Source: Eledone cirrhosa (taxonomy: Eukaryota). From it: 64,000 nucleotides of DNA. Position numbers and translations under genes: made by a program. This document shows positions 1 to 12,900 of this stretch, piece after piece. The notes under the pieces were generated by a model. It saw only the letters and a list, made by a program, of their open reading frames with translations, had not been told where the DNA came from and did no database searches. The stretch spans positions 305,660,001 to 305,724,000 of the forward strand of contig OZ024741.1 in assembly GCA_964016885.1 (NCBI GenBank), given 5' to 3'. Position 1 is the stretch's first letter. Each line of letters starts with the position of its first letter.

Positions 1-830
1 CTAATTTTCTAACTAATTCTCCCTCTGCTCTATTTTTCTCTATTGCTAAAGCCTTACTAAACCTAATGGACTATATTCTAATTGCTCTTTTCAGAGCAAA
101 CCACCACTTGTTGTTGACGATGGCCCCCGTCAACGCCCGCTTAACTAGTTCGCTAATCCAGTCTCTGTAGGCCTTGCGCGCTGGTAAGAACGCGTTTAGC
201 TTCCAGTAGCCGGGTCCTCATCCATGAAGCCTATCTAAGTCAAGCACACAGATCACGAATTTGTGGTCCGTGTAGCTGACTATCTTGAATTGTGGACAGC
301 CTATGCTAGACCTATCTATTTCCCTACAAAATACTCTATCTAGATATGATCTGGATGACCCTATGTGATTTGTCCAAGTCCACATTGGCACATTCGGGAA
401 ATCCAACGCTCCCTGGTAGCACTGCCAGGCCATGGATTTTTGGAAGTTATCCATAGGCCCTGGGCTGAAAGTTCTCCGGAAGAGAGCAAACAGCTGATCT
501 TCAACGCCCAGGATCTCTCTGAGAACATCGTCGCTCTTCCCCTCCACTAGTCCTCTATAGAACGCCGAGGTGGATGTTCCACCGATACTGGTGCCCAGCT
601 GGTAGAGGGCAGTGCGTGCCTGGAGACATTCCAGTTTCCAAGCGCTATCCCTCGGTCTTTTCCTGACCCAGGACTGCAGCTCCGTCAAGGAGACAAGCTG
701 TGGAAGAACGTGCCTGGTGAACGGCGACCACACCTGTTCACCGTCAAGGAAGCACCAGAGATGTTGCAGCCTCAGCGCATGTTTGCGCATCATTAGCCAT
801 GGCATGCCCAGTCATCCACGCATCTGCTGT
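1..830 (-). mobile_element. Degenerate Tx1/L1-clade LINE ORF2 fragment (endonuclease C-terminus and linker), running off the window edge
   Basis: ORF 218..805 ends with WTWTN..SRSYLDRVF..SYTDHK; a shifted frame continues PGYWKLN, typical of L1/Tx1 APE domains. Confidence 0.75.
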
Positions 831-834
831 CAAT

Positions 835-1057
835 AATAATAATAATAATTTCTTATATAGGCACAAGGCCAGTAATTTGGGGGAGGGAAAAGTCGATGAA
901 ATTGACCCCAGTGCGTGACTGGTACTTTATTTTATCGACCCCGTAAAGATGAAAGCCAAAGTTAACCTTTGCGGGATTTGAACTCAGACCATAAAGGGCC
1001 GTAACTCTTTGCTGCAAAGCATGGCGTCCGACCCTCTACCGATACTGCCAACCGCCC
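835..1057 (-). mobile_element. tRNA-derived SINE (octopus-type)
   Basis: On the minus strand: A-box-like TGGCAGTATCGG, B-box GAGTTCAAATCC, (ATT)n tail; more than 15 copies in the window. Confidence 0.85.
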
Positions 1058-1335
1058 TGGTGGAGGGTGATAATAAAGAAACTATAGGTAAGCTATTTAC
1101 TGACAATACATACATCGTGATGGAACACATTTTTACTATGTATTTGTAATTTTTTTCTGTGAATTTTACACCCTCTTTAATTAAGCTATAATCCTCCTTC
1201 TCAGTTAAGTAATACCATGTCCAGGTGCCAACTAGGAAGTGTCGGAATTTCATTATAGAAATATGATAATGAAGAAGTAGTGAAGAAAAGGAAGGAAACA
1301 ACAAAGGTAAGGAAGAGAGGGGGAGACACAGATTA

Positions 1336-1845
1336 GTGTTGTTTCTGCTACTGATGCTGCTGATGCTACTGATGATGATGGTGATTATAGTGATGGCAAA
1401 TGTAGGGTGCTACCACAGATATTTTACTGGTGGTGGTGGTGGTGGTGTTGTTAGTAGGGTTGGTAGTGTTTGTGGTGGTGGTGATGATGGTGATGATGTT
1501 GGTTTTAGGATTGGTAATGTTGGTTGTTGGTGTTGAAGTGGTGTTGGTGGTAGTAGTGTTATTGTTGGTGGTGGTGATGATGATGATGATAGTGGTGATG
1601 ATAGTAGCGGTGTTGGTGATGATGATGATGATAATGGTGGTGGTGGTGGTGATAGTGATGATGATAGTAGTGGTGGTTGGGGTAATGGTAATGATGATGG
1701 TGATGGTGATGGTGTACTGCTCTGGAATGATGATGAATATTGGCTTTTTAAAGTATTTCAATAATTTACATTCCAATACAGTAACTTCCTATTTTTAGCA
1801 CACACACACAAATACACATATATACACGCACACGCACACACACAC

Positions 1846-1878
<33 letters not shown>

Positions 1879-2030
1879 CACATACATATACACATGCTTA
1901 CATATACACACACATGCATACTCATATATACACAAATCTATATATATATATATATATACATGTATTTATATATATGTATATATACACAATACACACATAC
2001 TTACACATACATACATATATATCTCTACCA
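1336..2030. repeat. Compound microsatellite (GAT/GGT/GTT, then CA/TA)
   Basis: Visible directly. Confidence 0.95.
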
Positions 2031-2344
2031 AAAACACAGCCACAGTACTTGTTTAACTAAAAATGTGTGTACTCTGAACTACAGGTTGCAGTAACATTTT
2101 TTGAGTGAGGTATTGGCTGGAGACCGTTGAGTTAATATCAATGATTTTCGTAAACATTATATATTTATATATATGTATATATACAGAAAGAAATAGATAT
2201 GGAGAGAGAGAGAGAGAACAGGAAAAAAGTAAGAGAGAAGAATGGATAAAAAGTACTTGTTATTATTGTTGTTGTTTAACCTCAGGTCAGTTTTAATTGA
2301 ACAGACCTATAGGCATTTAAACCTTGACATTTTTATTATTATTC

Positions 2345-2930
2345 AGTATCCGTAGAGCGTCAGACACCATGCTTTGCAGAATAGAGTTATGGCCCTTTGC
2401 GTTCTGAGTTCAAATCCCGCCGAGGTTAATTTTGCCTTTCATCCTTACAGGGTTGATAAAATAAAGCACCAGTAATGCACTGGGGTAATTGCTGGCCTTG
2501 TGCCAAAAGCAGAAACATTATTATTATTATTATTATTATCAGAACGGTGGATTGGCAGTATCGGTAGAGCACCAAACACCATGCTTTGCAGCATGGAGTT
2601 ATGGCCCTTTGCGTTCTGAGTTCAAATCCCGCTGAGGTTAGCTTAGCCTTTCATCCTTACAGGATCGATAAAATAAAGCAACAGTAATGCACTGGGGTTG
2701 ATTTAATCGACTTCCCCCTCCCCCCAAATTGCTGGCCTTGTGCCTGGGGTAGAAACAATTATCAATACCCCATGCTTTCTAGCATAGTTACGTCCCTTTA
2801 CAGTCTGAGTTCAAATCCCGCCGAGGTTAACTTTGCCTTTCATCCTTACGAGGTCGATAAAATAAAGTACCAGTAATGCACTGAGTAATTGCTGGCCTTG
2901 TGCCAAAAGTAGCAACAATTATTATTATTC
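2345..2930 (+). mobile_element. Three tandem copies of the tRNA-derived SINE
   Basis: GAGTTCAAATCCCGC..GCCTTTCATCC..GCTGGCCTTGTGCC repeated three times. Confidence 0.85.
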
Positions 2931-3004
2931 CTGACATGGTGTATTTAGAATGATATCATGTCATCTGTCCTTTGTTTTTAAGGACAATATGAGAGAGATT
3001 TGAC

Positions 3005-3468
3005 TAGAAAAGGCACTATAAACATTTGAATTAACAAATCTGTTTTTAAATATTTTCTGCTGAATCATAAGGATGTCAAAACTGAACTGTGTCAAGTAGT
3101 AAAGATACTCTATAGATATTTGAATTAACAAACCTGCTTTTAGATATTTACAGCTAAATTATTACAGGATGTTAAGAATTAAATTTGATTGCTAGTAAAG
3201 GTACTATAAATATTTGAATTAACAAACCTGTTTTTAGATATTTACTGCTAAATTATTACAGGATGTTAAGAATTAAATTTGATTGCTAGTAAAGGTACTA
3301 TAAATATTTGAATTAACAAACCTGTTTTTAGATATTTATAGCTAAATTATTACAGGATGTTAAGAATTAAATTTGATTGCTAGTAAAGGTACTATAAATA
3401 TTTGAATTAACAAACCTGTTTTTAGATATTTACTGCTAAATTATTACAGAATGTTAAGAACTAAATTT
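3005..3468. repeat. 94-bp minisatellite, about 5 copies
   Basis: GTACTATAAATATTTGAATTAACAAACC at 3201, 3295 and 3389; more diverged copies upstream. Confidence 0.9.
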
Positions 3469-3639
3469 GGACTTCAACTTTGTTGTTTTTTTAATTCAGT
3501 CAATTCTTGTCATTACATTTCTTTTTCACTAAAACTTGAAAATGTGGCTATAACCTAATGCAAATATTTTCAAATCGGTTGAAAGAGTTCTTATGTAACA
3601 TTTCCAGATTATATCAGTGGACCTCAATCCCATCATGCA

Positions 3640-4090
3640 TTTCTTCTTCTTCTTCTTCTCCTCCTCCTTTTCCTTCTTTTTCTTCTTTGCCAGTGGGTCC
3701 TGGCAGAAGCAACCATCTCCAACTGTTCCAGCTGGATCCTCAAGCAAGACCAGCCAAGCTTATGGATGTTATCTAACCATCTTGTTTGGGGTCTACCCAT
3801 GGATTTCATACCGGTTGGTTTTGCTCATAAAATCTATCCAGAAATTCTTTCCTGAGACATTCTAACCATATATCAATAGTATTGGAGCTGTGATCTCTCA
3901 GTTCGGGGAAATAACAGCTCTACCTGGAGTAACTCTCTGATCTCCAAGCTACGCACTCTATCGACTAACGTTACTCCAAAGACCCTTTGGAGGAACCCCA
4001 TTTTAGCTGCTTGTACTTGCAATCGTATTCTTTTAGTCATTACCCAAGATTCATGACCATAGGTAAGACTAATACTTAGGTAATGGTAAA
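3640..4090 (-). mobile_element. 3' fragment of an RTE-clade (Expander/Rex3-like) LINE with a (GAA)n tail
   Basis: LTYGHESWVMTKRIRLQVQAAKMGFL..VRSLEIRE..ERSQL; sister copies at 6900-7335 and 44530-44790. Confidence 0.8.
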
Positions 4091-4639
4091 ATTCTCTGCA
4101 TTCAAAATATCTTGCATGAAAATATTTTTTTGTTTTCAAAGAATTCCAGAACTGTCTCAAAAGTGCTACAGCAGTGGCTCAAACAGATGCTCTTCAACAA
4201 CCAGTAAACTTCAGTGTGAAATAAATGTAATTGAATTCTTCATTTGATTGTTCACACAACTGTCTGAATAATCTGCCATAAAGAGAATTGTTTCTGACTT
4301 TGTTAATTGTTGTAATCGCATATTGCAATGTATGAGGCAAGTGATCACTAAGGTTGTTTTGTAACTAAATGTTGTCAATGAATCATAACATTCTGTCTAT
4401 CTACCTCTCTTCCTGTCACCTCAAAAACACACAGTGTTCCTTTTTCTCTCTCTAGCTATGTACATATCTCTCACTTGGCACTCCCCCCTCTCACTAGATA
4501 GATGAGGATGACATCATAACATTCTGTCTATCTACTTCTTTCTGTCACCTCAAAAACACACAACGTTCCCTTTTCTCTCTATATCTATGTACTGATTTTT
4601 TTTTTCAAATACTACTTTGGATGGAGAGAGAGGTGCTGT

Positions 4640-5410
4640 ACCCCAGCAAGTTTTATGAAAGGTGAGTGAAAGTGGCAAGAATGGCCCAAGTGAATGGGCC
4701 TTCTCTCTATATCAGCCTGTAGGTTGAGGAAAAAGAGGAAAGAGGAAAGGGGTACAGACTCTTCGTACTCCTGGAGATGAGGGTTGCACATTTTTTCGGG
4801 GGTATGTGTTACCCATATGAAATGTCTCCCCCTATTGGGGAAAATCGATTAACTTTTAAATTGTATTTGTGATAATATTTTAGACGTTTTTATTGTATGT
4901 CAACTTCCCCCTTTTTATTTGTCCCCTTCTTTTGTGCCCCTGTGGCTAATAAAGAAACATATCTATGTACATATCGCGCATTCTAAGTTCAAATCCTGCC
5001 AAGGTTAGCTTTGTCTTCATCTTTATGGGATAAATAAAATAAAGTGCCAGTAATACACTGGGGTCAATTTAATCAACTTTTCCCTTTCCTTCAAATAGCT
5101 GGCCTTGTGCCAAATGTAGAAACAGTTATTATTATGAGAGTGGCGAGCATGGTCTGAGTGAATTGGCGTACTCTGAGTATGTACCTGTAAACTGAAGGAG
5201 GACAACTGGGAGTGGATACTTGCCTTAGCAGTCTGGATTGCTGTGGTTTTTTGTGGTCTACCTCCATGAGTGACCCTCAGAAGTCTCCCCACTAGTGGGG
5301 AATTATTTTGTTTAATTTGTTTTTTTACAAATTTATTATTTTCTGTTCTCACACTTTTTACACACAACACCCCTCCCTACATTGTATCATCTTGTGACTA
5401 ATAAAGAAAT
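4640..5410 (+). mobile_element. Two Tx1/L1-type LINE 3'-end fragments with a SINE piece between them
   Basis: Both end in TGTG(G/A)CTAATAAAGAAA; homologous to minus-strand copies at 24400-24725 and 40380-41205. Confidence 0.55.
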
Positions 5411-5487
5411 CATTGTTACTACTATTAGAATCCTCAAACTTTTTGTAGACCCTTATATATAATAAAGAAATTATTATTATTATTAGT

Positions 5488-5690
5488 AGTAGATTGGCAG
5501 TATCGGTAGAGGGTCGGACGCCATGCTTTGACGCATAGAGTTACGGCCCTTGCCATTCTGAGTTCGAATCCTGCCGAGGTTAACTTTGCCTTTCATCCTT
5601 ATGGGGTCGATAAAATAAAGTACCAGTAATGCACTGGGTAATTGCTGGCCTTGTGCCAAAAAGCAGAAACAATTATTAGTAGTAGTAGTA
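5488..5690 (+). mobile_element. tRNA-derived SINE
   Basis: TGGCAGTATCGG ... GAGTTCGAATCC with the family body. Confidence 0.85.
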
Positions 5691-5699
5691 ATGGGAAAG

Positions 5700-5980
5700 T
5701 GTGGAAGCACGTAGCCTAGTGGTAAGGGTGTTAGACTTACGATCATAATGCCGTGGGTTCAATCCCTGGGCTGGGTATGTGCTGTGTTCTTGAGAAAAAC
5801 GCTTCATTTCAGGTTGCTCCAGTATACTCAGCTAAAAATGAGTACCAGCAATAGCTGGGGTTTAACCCTGGGGTAGACTAGTGTCCTGTTCAGGAGGGAG
5901 TCTTGTACTTTCAGTCACTTCATGCTATGAAACCGGGATATTGACCGACCTGATGAGCCTCATGACTTGAGATAGACTTT
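5700..5980 (+). mobile_element. Second tRNA-derived SINE family (Meta/Nin-domain-like body)
   Basis: TAGCCTAGTGGT A-box and GGTTCAATCCC B-box; body related to 30171-30330, 52790-52920 and 54890-55230. Confidence 0.7.
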
Positions 5981-6899
5981 AGAATAGGAAAGTAGATGTA
6001 AGCTTCCACTACCCTACTCAGTGACTCGACTTCCACTCCCAGGTAAAGCTGTTTAACTTCCCTTATATTACTGATACCCTTTGGAAAGCACAAACATCAC
6101 CACATTCCATTACCTTAGTAGATATGAAAGGTGTGGTGGCTCTAATAACTTCATTGTAGTACAGAATATGATACACCATGTTGTTTTTAGGGTATCCTAC
6201 TGTGCTGTGTAATATTAAACCAGATCGACTGTGTTATATACACACACACACATGCACACATGTGAGTATGTGTATGTGTGTGAATATGTCTAATATCATC
6301 ATCATCATCATCATTTTACGTCCGCTTTTCACTGCTTGACGTAAAATGATGATGATGATATTAGACATACATATATATATATATATATATATACATATAT
6401 ACACATATATATATATATATATATACATATATACATACATACATATATATATATCTATATATATATATATTTTTGCATGGTTTCTATGTTTACATATTTG
6501 TATATGTTTGTGAATGTATAAAACTGACATTTACTTAGTGATAGAGAGAGGAAAAGAATGATTACATATTATCAAACAAGTGGCAGGAAGTAACAAGAAA
6601 AGAAGACATGAAACCTGCAGTGAATATATTAGTTTACCAAACCTTGCAACCATCTCATGGGTGGAGTAATGTTCAGGTAAGGAGGAGAAAAAGACAAGAA
6701 AAATACATATCGATGAACACATCGGATGATACCTGAAAGTGTGAGTGTGTGTGCACAGCCAACACCTGGGCATTTAGTGCCCTAGGCTAATTCTACAATG
6801 TGTGGCTTGTCTTTCCCAATTATGCACCTTACTCTTCTACATAAATTGAGTTCAACTTACAATTTGATAAGCTGACAAACATAGCCAGACTCACTCACT

Positions 6900-7335
6900 A
6901 TCTTCATCAACCCTTACCTATGGTCATGAATCTTGGGTAATGACTGAAAAAATACAATCGCGAATACAAGTGGTCAAAATGGGATTCCTCCAAAGGGTCT
7001 TTGGAGTAACATTACCCGATAAAGTGCATAGCTCGAAGATAGTCACTTCAAGTAGAGCCACCACTTCTTTGAATTGAGAGATCACAGGTCTGATACTATG
7101 GGCACGTGGTTAGAATGTCTCAGGAAAGAATTGCTGGATAGATTGTACTGGTAAATCAACTGGCAGGAAACCCAGAGCAAGATGGTTGGATAACATCCAT
7201 GAGCTTGGCTGATCACACTTGGAGATCCAGCTGGATCAGTTGGAGGTGGTTGCTTCTGACAGAACCTGCTGGATGGAGTGCTTGATGACACTGTTCCCAC
7301 GACCCTCTCAGGAAAACATCAGCGAAGAAGAAGAC
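6900..7335 (+). mobile_element. RTE (Expander-like) 3' fragment
   Basis: Homologous to 3640-4090; GAAGAAGAAG tail. Confidence 0.75.
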
Positions 7336-7554
7336 AAACATAGTTTTTGACAATTCTTTCTCTGACCACACTAAGAAAATTACTAAGCCTGTATTTTTTA
7401 CTATACAGTTCACACTCATATATGCCTAATCACATGACAGGTCGTCACACCATGTGGCCCTCTCCATTGATTTGGATATTTCCACAATGCTGCTACACAG
7501 CAAAGATGTTTAGTGGGTTATTTATTGATAACAGGAAATTATATATTTAATTTA

Positions 7555-7893
7555 CTCTTGGGTCTCGAATAATCATACCCACCTGCTTACTAATTTTTCA
7601 GGACCCTCTTATTCCCCTCCAACCTATACCCGCTTATTAAATTTTGCTAATCTATCTTTGGCAAAATTTTATTTTAAGTACTAGCATTCCTGCAACAATA
7701 AATTTTCTTTAGACATCAAAAAACATTATACATGACAAATAAAATACAACTCTAGAAATCCCATACATTATAAAATAAATAGGATGGTTTGGGGTTTCAA
7801 TATGTAAATTAAATGACTAATTCTGGTTTCCAAAAAAAAATCGATCTTCCACCTCCCGCTTATCTCCCCCTCCCATTCTTTGGGACCCAAGAG
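7555..7893. mobile_element. MITE with TA target duplication (Tc1/mariner-type)
   Basis: TA|CTCTTGGGTCTC ... GGGACCCAAGAG|TA terminal inverted repeats. Confidence 0.65.
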
Positions 7894-8235
7894 TAATTAT
7901 ACAAATTCATATAAAACTGTGATCCTTTAAGGTTCAATAATGCCCCTCTTTATGGTCTGTGCCCTAGGTGGTTGCCTTGTTGGCCTTAATGGTAATGCCA
8001 GCCCTGAGAAAAATACATATCAATAAACACTACTGATAACATCTTAAAGTGTATTGGATCTTTGTTGGTTTTTGACAATCAGTGTTCAAGCTGTAAAATC
8101 AATAGAACAGCCTGCTCATGAAATTAATGTGCAAGTGGCTGAGCATTCCATAGACACATCTGATGAAGCTTACTTGAGGTCTTTCACATGAAAAGAAAAT
8201 AGGAGAGATAGCTCCTAGCTCACAAGTTTCTAGGC

Positions 8236-8715
8236 CAGAGATGAGGAACCTGTGGCCTTAAAGCTACATGTAGCCTTCTATGCCATTTTGTGTGGTCTTT
8301 TGAAAGAATAAAACATTTCCAACAAATACTTAATTTTGATTAATATGATTTTATCTACCTCTTATTATTTTAACTTAAACTATAAGATCAAAAAGTTTTA
8401 AATACCAAAAAATAAAAGAAAATTTAACAAAATAATCCACACTGACAGACAACCAGAATTAAAAAATTAGTAGATTATAAGGGCCATTTCAGCACTTTCT
8501 ATATTTATGTTTTAGTATTACAACAAACATTTATAACAATAGTAGTTAGCTTTAAAAAAAATTTAATTTTTTTATTTTTGAGATAATTGGTAATTAGATT
8601 TTAACAAAATAATGTAGATTTTCAGTATATATAATTGTGGTTTCTTGAATGCGGCCTTAATTTATTACAAGTAATTTAATGTGGCCTTTCTACATGAAAA
8701 GGTTCCCTACCTCTG
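8236..8715. mobile_element. hAT (Buster/Charlie-type) MITE
   Basis: TIRs CAGAGATGAGGAACCT / AGGTTCCCTACCTCTG; imperfect 8-bp TSD TTCTAGGC / TCCTAGGT with central TA. Confidence 0.65.
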
Positions 8716-8971
8716 TCCTAGGTGGTAGATGGGAGATCAACCTCTAAATATAGGGCTTAATGACAAATATTGAAACAAACTATTCTGGACCAAACATTTG
8801 GCACAGCATAGCACTCAACAGTCCCCCAGCCCAGGGTCACAGGTGAAGTCATGAGAAGTTGCATGATGAATATACAATCTTGACAAAATAGTTACCCATT
8901 GACCAACAGAGACAGTCACTGCTGAGGAACCTATCTGCCACCTTTGGTTCTATGAAATAGCACCACCTATT

Positions 8972-9157
8972 TTAACCCTTTAGCTCTAATTTTTCTATTG
9001 TATATTCACGATAAAGGCTTTATCTCACATAATTATCTCACATAATATCGAATCTATGAGATTTTGATATAATTTATTTTGAGAACAGTACCTTAATGTT
9101 ATGGCCAGTTTAAACAGAAAGAGGTGAGAGAATTCTGGTTGGATATGGCCGGGTTAA
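8972..9157. mobile_element. TTAA-flanked MITE (piggyBac-like)
   Basis: TTAA|CCCTTTAGC end; same family at 23571, 44973, 58648 and 61622. Confidence 0.6.
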
Positions 9158-9979
9158 AGGATTCCTATTTAAATTAAAATCTTCCAACATAATTTGACAC
9201 AAGAACCTTTTGTTAAGTTATGCTACAAATAGTATCTTAATAATGAAATAATGATTTTAGTAAATCCTTCTAAATTCATCATTAACTAATTTAGATACCA
9301 TGAATTTCATTACAAAAATGGTAATGAAATGATTATAATAGAAGAAAAGCACCAGCAACAACAACAATAATAAAAAAAACAACAGCAGATATTAATATAA
9401 CAACAAATACATTAAACATAACCCCAACTATTACAGCTGCCAAAAAATAACAATGTAGACTTACTTCAACAAAAAATAACAGCAGAAATTACAATAACAG
9501 CTACTGTACAACCACTGTGTATCAGCAACAACAACAACTGCATAAACACCAAGATACAACATTTACAACACACACACATATCATCATCATCATCATCATC
9601 ATCAACGTTTAACGTCCGTGTTCCACGCTTGCATGGGTTTGGACGGGGGTAGTCCCACTTGAGGCAAGAGTGATTGTCTTGCTCGCATAGGACTGTCTGG
9701 CAGGTTTTCTACAGTTGGATGCCCTTCCTAACACCAACCACATTTACAGTGTGGGTCTGGGAGGTTTTTACCGTGTTGCCTACACGGCCACATTACAGCG
9801 TGGACTGTGTGTTTTTTTGTCGTGACACCTACACGATCTCATTTGTTTCGGCCTCGATGGCGCGGCACCAACATAACTTTACATAGAACGGGGTGGTGGA
9901 TCGGGTGGGGGTGGTGGTGGTGGGACGGGGTGTATTTTGTTAGAGATGCCTACTGGCTGGAGTAGGTTTTACTATATAT

Positions 9980-12900
9980 TTAGGTAAGGCGGGTCTTCTC
10001 TGTTACTGAGTACCGCCAAAGGTCTCGGTCCAGTGACATTGTCTTGGAGAGGTGTAAGTGTGTGATGTCGGAGTTTATCAGCTCGTCCCAGGTTTTTCTA
10101 GGTCTGCCTATTCCGTGACTACCGTCTATCTTTATTGCCCTGCACTTTGTTATACAGCTATCGACTTTCATGCGCATCACGTGTCCATACCAACGTAGCC
10201 TTCTCTCGAGTAAACAACATCTGATCCCTCTTATCTCTAATTTTTTCCTTAGTTCGTTTATGCTTTGCCGTTCACGTATATTACTGTTACACATCCAGCG
10301 GAGCATGCAAGCTTCGTTCCTCTCTAGTCTGCGTATATCCTCTGCACACAATGCCCAGGTCTCACTGCCATGCAGCATTGCTGTTCGTATGCAGGCATCG
10401 TACAACCTGCCTTTCATTTTTAGTGAGAACCCTTTAGCAGCTAATAGTGGTATAAGCTCTCTGAACTTTTTCCAACCAGTTCTGACTCTAGCTACAGTAC
10501 TTTCAGAGCACCCTCCCCCACTGCTGATTTTATCGCCCAGGTAATGGAAGCTGTCCACTATTTCTATAGAACCCTCTGCGCAATTGAAAGAGCTAGTAGT
10601 TTGTGGGCACTTGCTGCTACTTATTGCACCAGAGCACCGGCCACATGTAAAATCTATGTTCTTAGTTAGCTTACCTGTGATCCCACTACATCTTTTATGC
10701 ACCCATACTTTGCATTTAGGACATAAAATGGAGTTTCTACCTACGCCTTTCCTACACACCGAGCACGACCATTTCCCAGAAGGGACCGCCGCCTTGTTTT
10801 CTTTCCTACAAACTAGTACTTTGGTCTTAGCCAGGTTAATTTTAAGTCCTTTTGACTCTAGGCCGTGCTTCCATGTTTGGAATTTCTTCTCTAGCTCGGC
10901 CATTGATTCCGCTATGAGTGTCAGGTCGTCTGCGTATAGGAGTTCCCATGGGCAGCCTGTCTTGAACTCCTCTGTTATAGCCTGAAGGGCAATAATAAAT
11001 AGTAGTGGACTGAGAACAGAGCCCTGATGGACGCCAACTTTTACGCTAAACTCTTCACTATATTCGTTGTTAATTCTAACCTTGCTGACTGTTTCTTTAT
11101 ACATGGCTTGTATAGCCCTCACAAGCCATTCGTCAACGCCTAGTTTTCTAAGAGCCCACCAGATAATGGAGCGGGGGACTCTGTCGAAGGCTTTCTCCAA
11201 GTCGACAAAAGCTAAGTAGAGGGGTTTACCTTTAGCTAGGTACTTCTCCTGTAGTTGTCGTACTATGAAAAGAGCGTCTGTGGTACTTTTGCCTGACACA
11301 AACCCGAACTGCATTTCATCTAGGTCAATTCTCTCTCTGATTAGTTGCGCTATTACTTTTTCCGTGACCTTCATGACCTGGTCGATTAATTTAATGCCTC
11401 TATAGTTACTCCTATCTAGGGCGTCTCCTTTACCCTTATAACAGTTAACGATGATGCTGCTATGCCAGTCCTTCGGAACAACCCCATTCTGTACGACTTG
11501 GTTAACTATGCGGGTGACCATGGTGTGTCCCACCGTGCCAGATGCCTTCAGCATCTCAGCAACTATTTCCGAAGGCCCAGCCGCCTTACCAGTCTTCATA
11601 TCCTTGATTGCCTTACTTATTATACTCCCCTCGACTAACACTGCTGGTCCCTCTATTGGGTCGATATGGGGGAGACTGCCTTTCTCCCAATTATTCTCCT
11701 CATTTAGTAGCCTTTCATAGTGACACTTCCAAGCTACCTTCTTATCAGCGTCGGTGATGGCAAGTGTGCCATCGTCGTTTAGTACACACTTCTCCCCGAC
11801 AATATCACGGTTTTCCTTGACGCATTGCCTAGCAATCCTGAACACCTCACGTTTTTGGTCATCGCGTTGTAGAACATGCTTGAACTTTCTTTCCTCAGCT
11901 TCCCTTCTTGCTAAGTACACTTGTCTCCTAGCTTCCCTCCTGGCCACTTGATAGTCCTCTCTACTTCCCCCATCCCGCCATACTTTCCAAGCCTGCTTTT
12001 TGGCCTTAATTGACCCCTCCACCTTACTGTTCCACCACCATGTTACTCTCCTCCTGCCTACAGGCCTGCTCCAGCCACAGACCTCGTCTGTCGCCAACAG
12101 CAGGTTTGCTTTCAGAAATTCCCACTCTCCCTCTATATTGTCCGACTCTAAATGTTCTTCCTTACTGTCGAAAGCATCAAGTAATATGCTTTGAAATTTA
12201 TTCCTGGCTGTGGGGTCCTTTAGCTTCCATATTTTCCTCCTGAGGATAGTCCTCTTCTGTTGTCGAGTACGTCTCGTCCTGACTATGAGGTCGCTAATTA
12301 TCAGTCTATGTTGGGAGGTGCATTCTTCATGGGGGAGGGATTTAGTGTTAACAACAGACACTCTGTCACGTCTTCTGGTAAGGATATAATCTACCTGGCT
12401 TGTGTGTTCCCCGGATCTATAGGTGATCAGGTGATTGTCACGTTTTTTGAAGTTAGTGTTACAGATAGTTAGGTTATTTGCATCACAGAATTCCAGGATT
12501 CTGGCGCCTTCCTCATTTCTAGTACCAAACCCATAGCCTCCATGGATTTCGTCGTAGCCGTCACAATGTTGTCCAACGTGACCATTTAGGTCGCCTGCGA
12601 TAATTATATAGTCACTGTCGGATATTTGGGAGGTAGTTAGCATCAGTGTCTCATAGAATCTGTCTTTTATAGTGCCGGGCAGTCCGGATTGGGGTGCGTA
12701 CGCAGATATTACTGTCACCGTAGTTCTATTGAGGACAAGTCGTATTTTAATTATTCTGTCGTTCACTCTATTTACGTCTATTATCTTATCTGCCCACTTT
12801 TCTGCTACCATGATTCCTACTCCACCCAGCCCATCGTCGTTTCCCACCCAGAAAAGCTTATAACATCGTTTTTTACCCTCAATGAACCTAGCAGACCCAC

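Noticed and set aside
1336-2094. Poly-Thr/Val/Met ORFs (also 24057-26168 and 60714-61344)
   Set aside because: Translations of microsatellites.
5925-5975. GAAAC..CTGATGAG as a hammerhead
   Set aside because: No GAAA closing a stem II after CTGATGA; it is part of a SINE 3' body.
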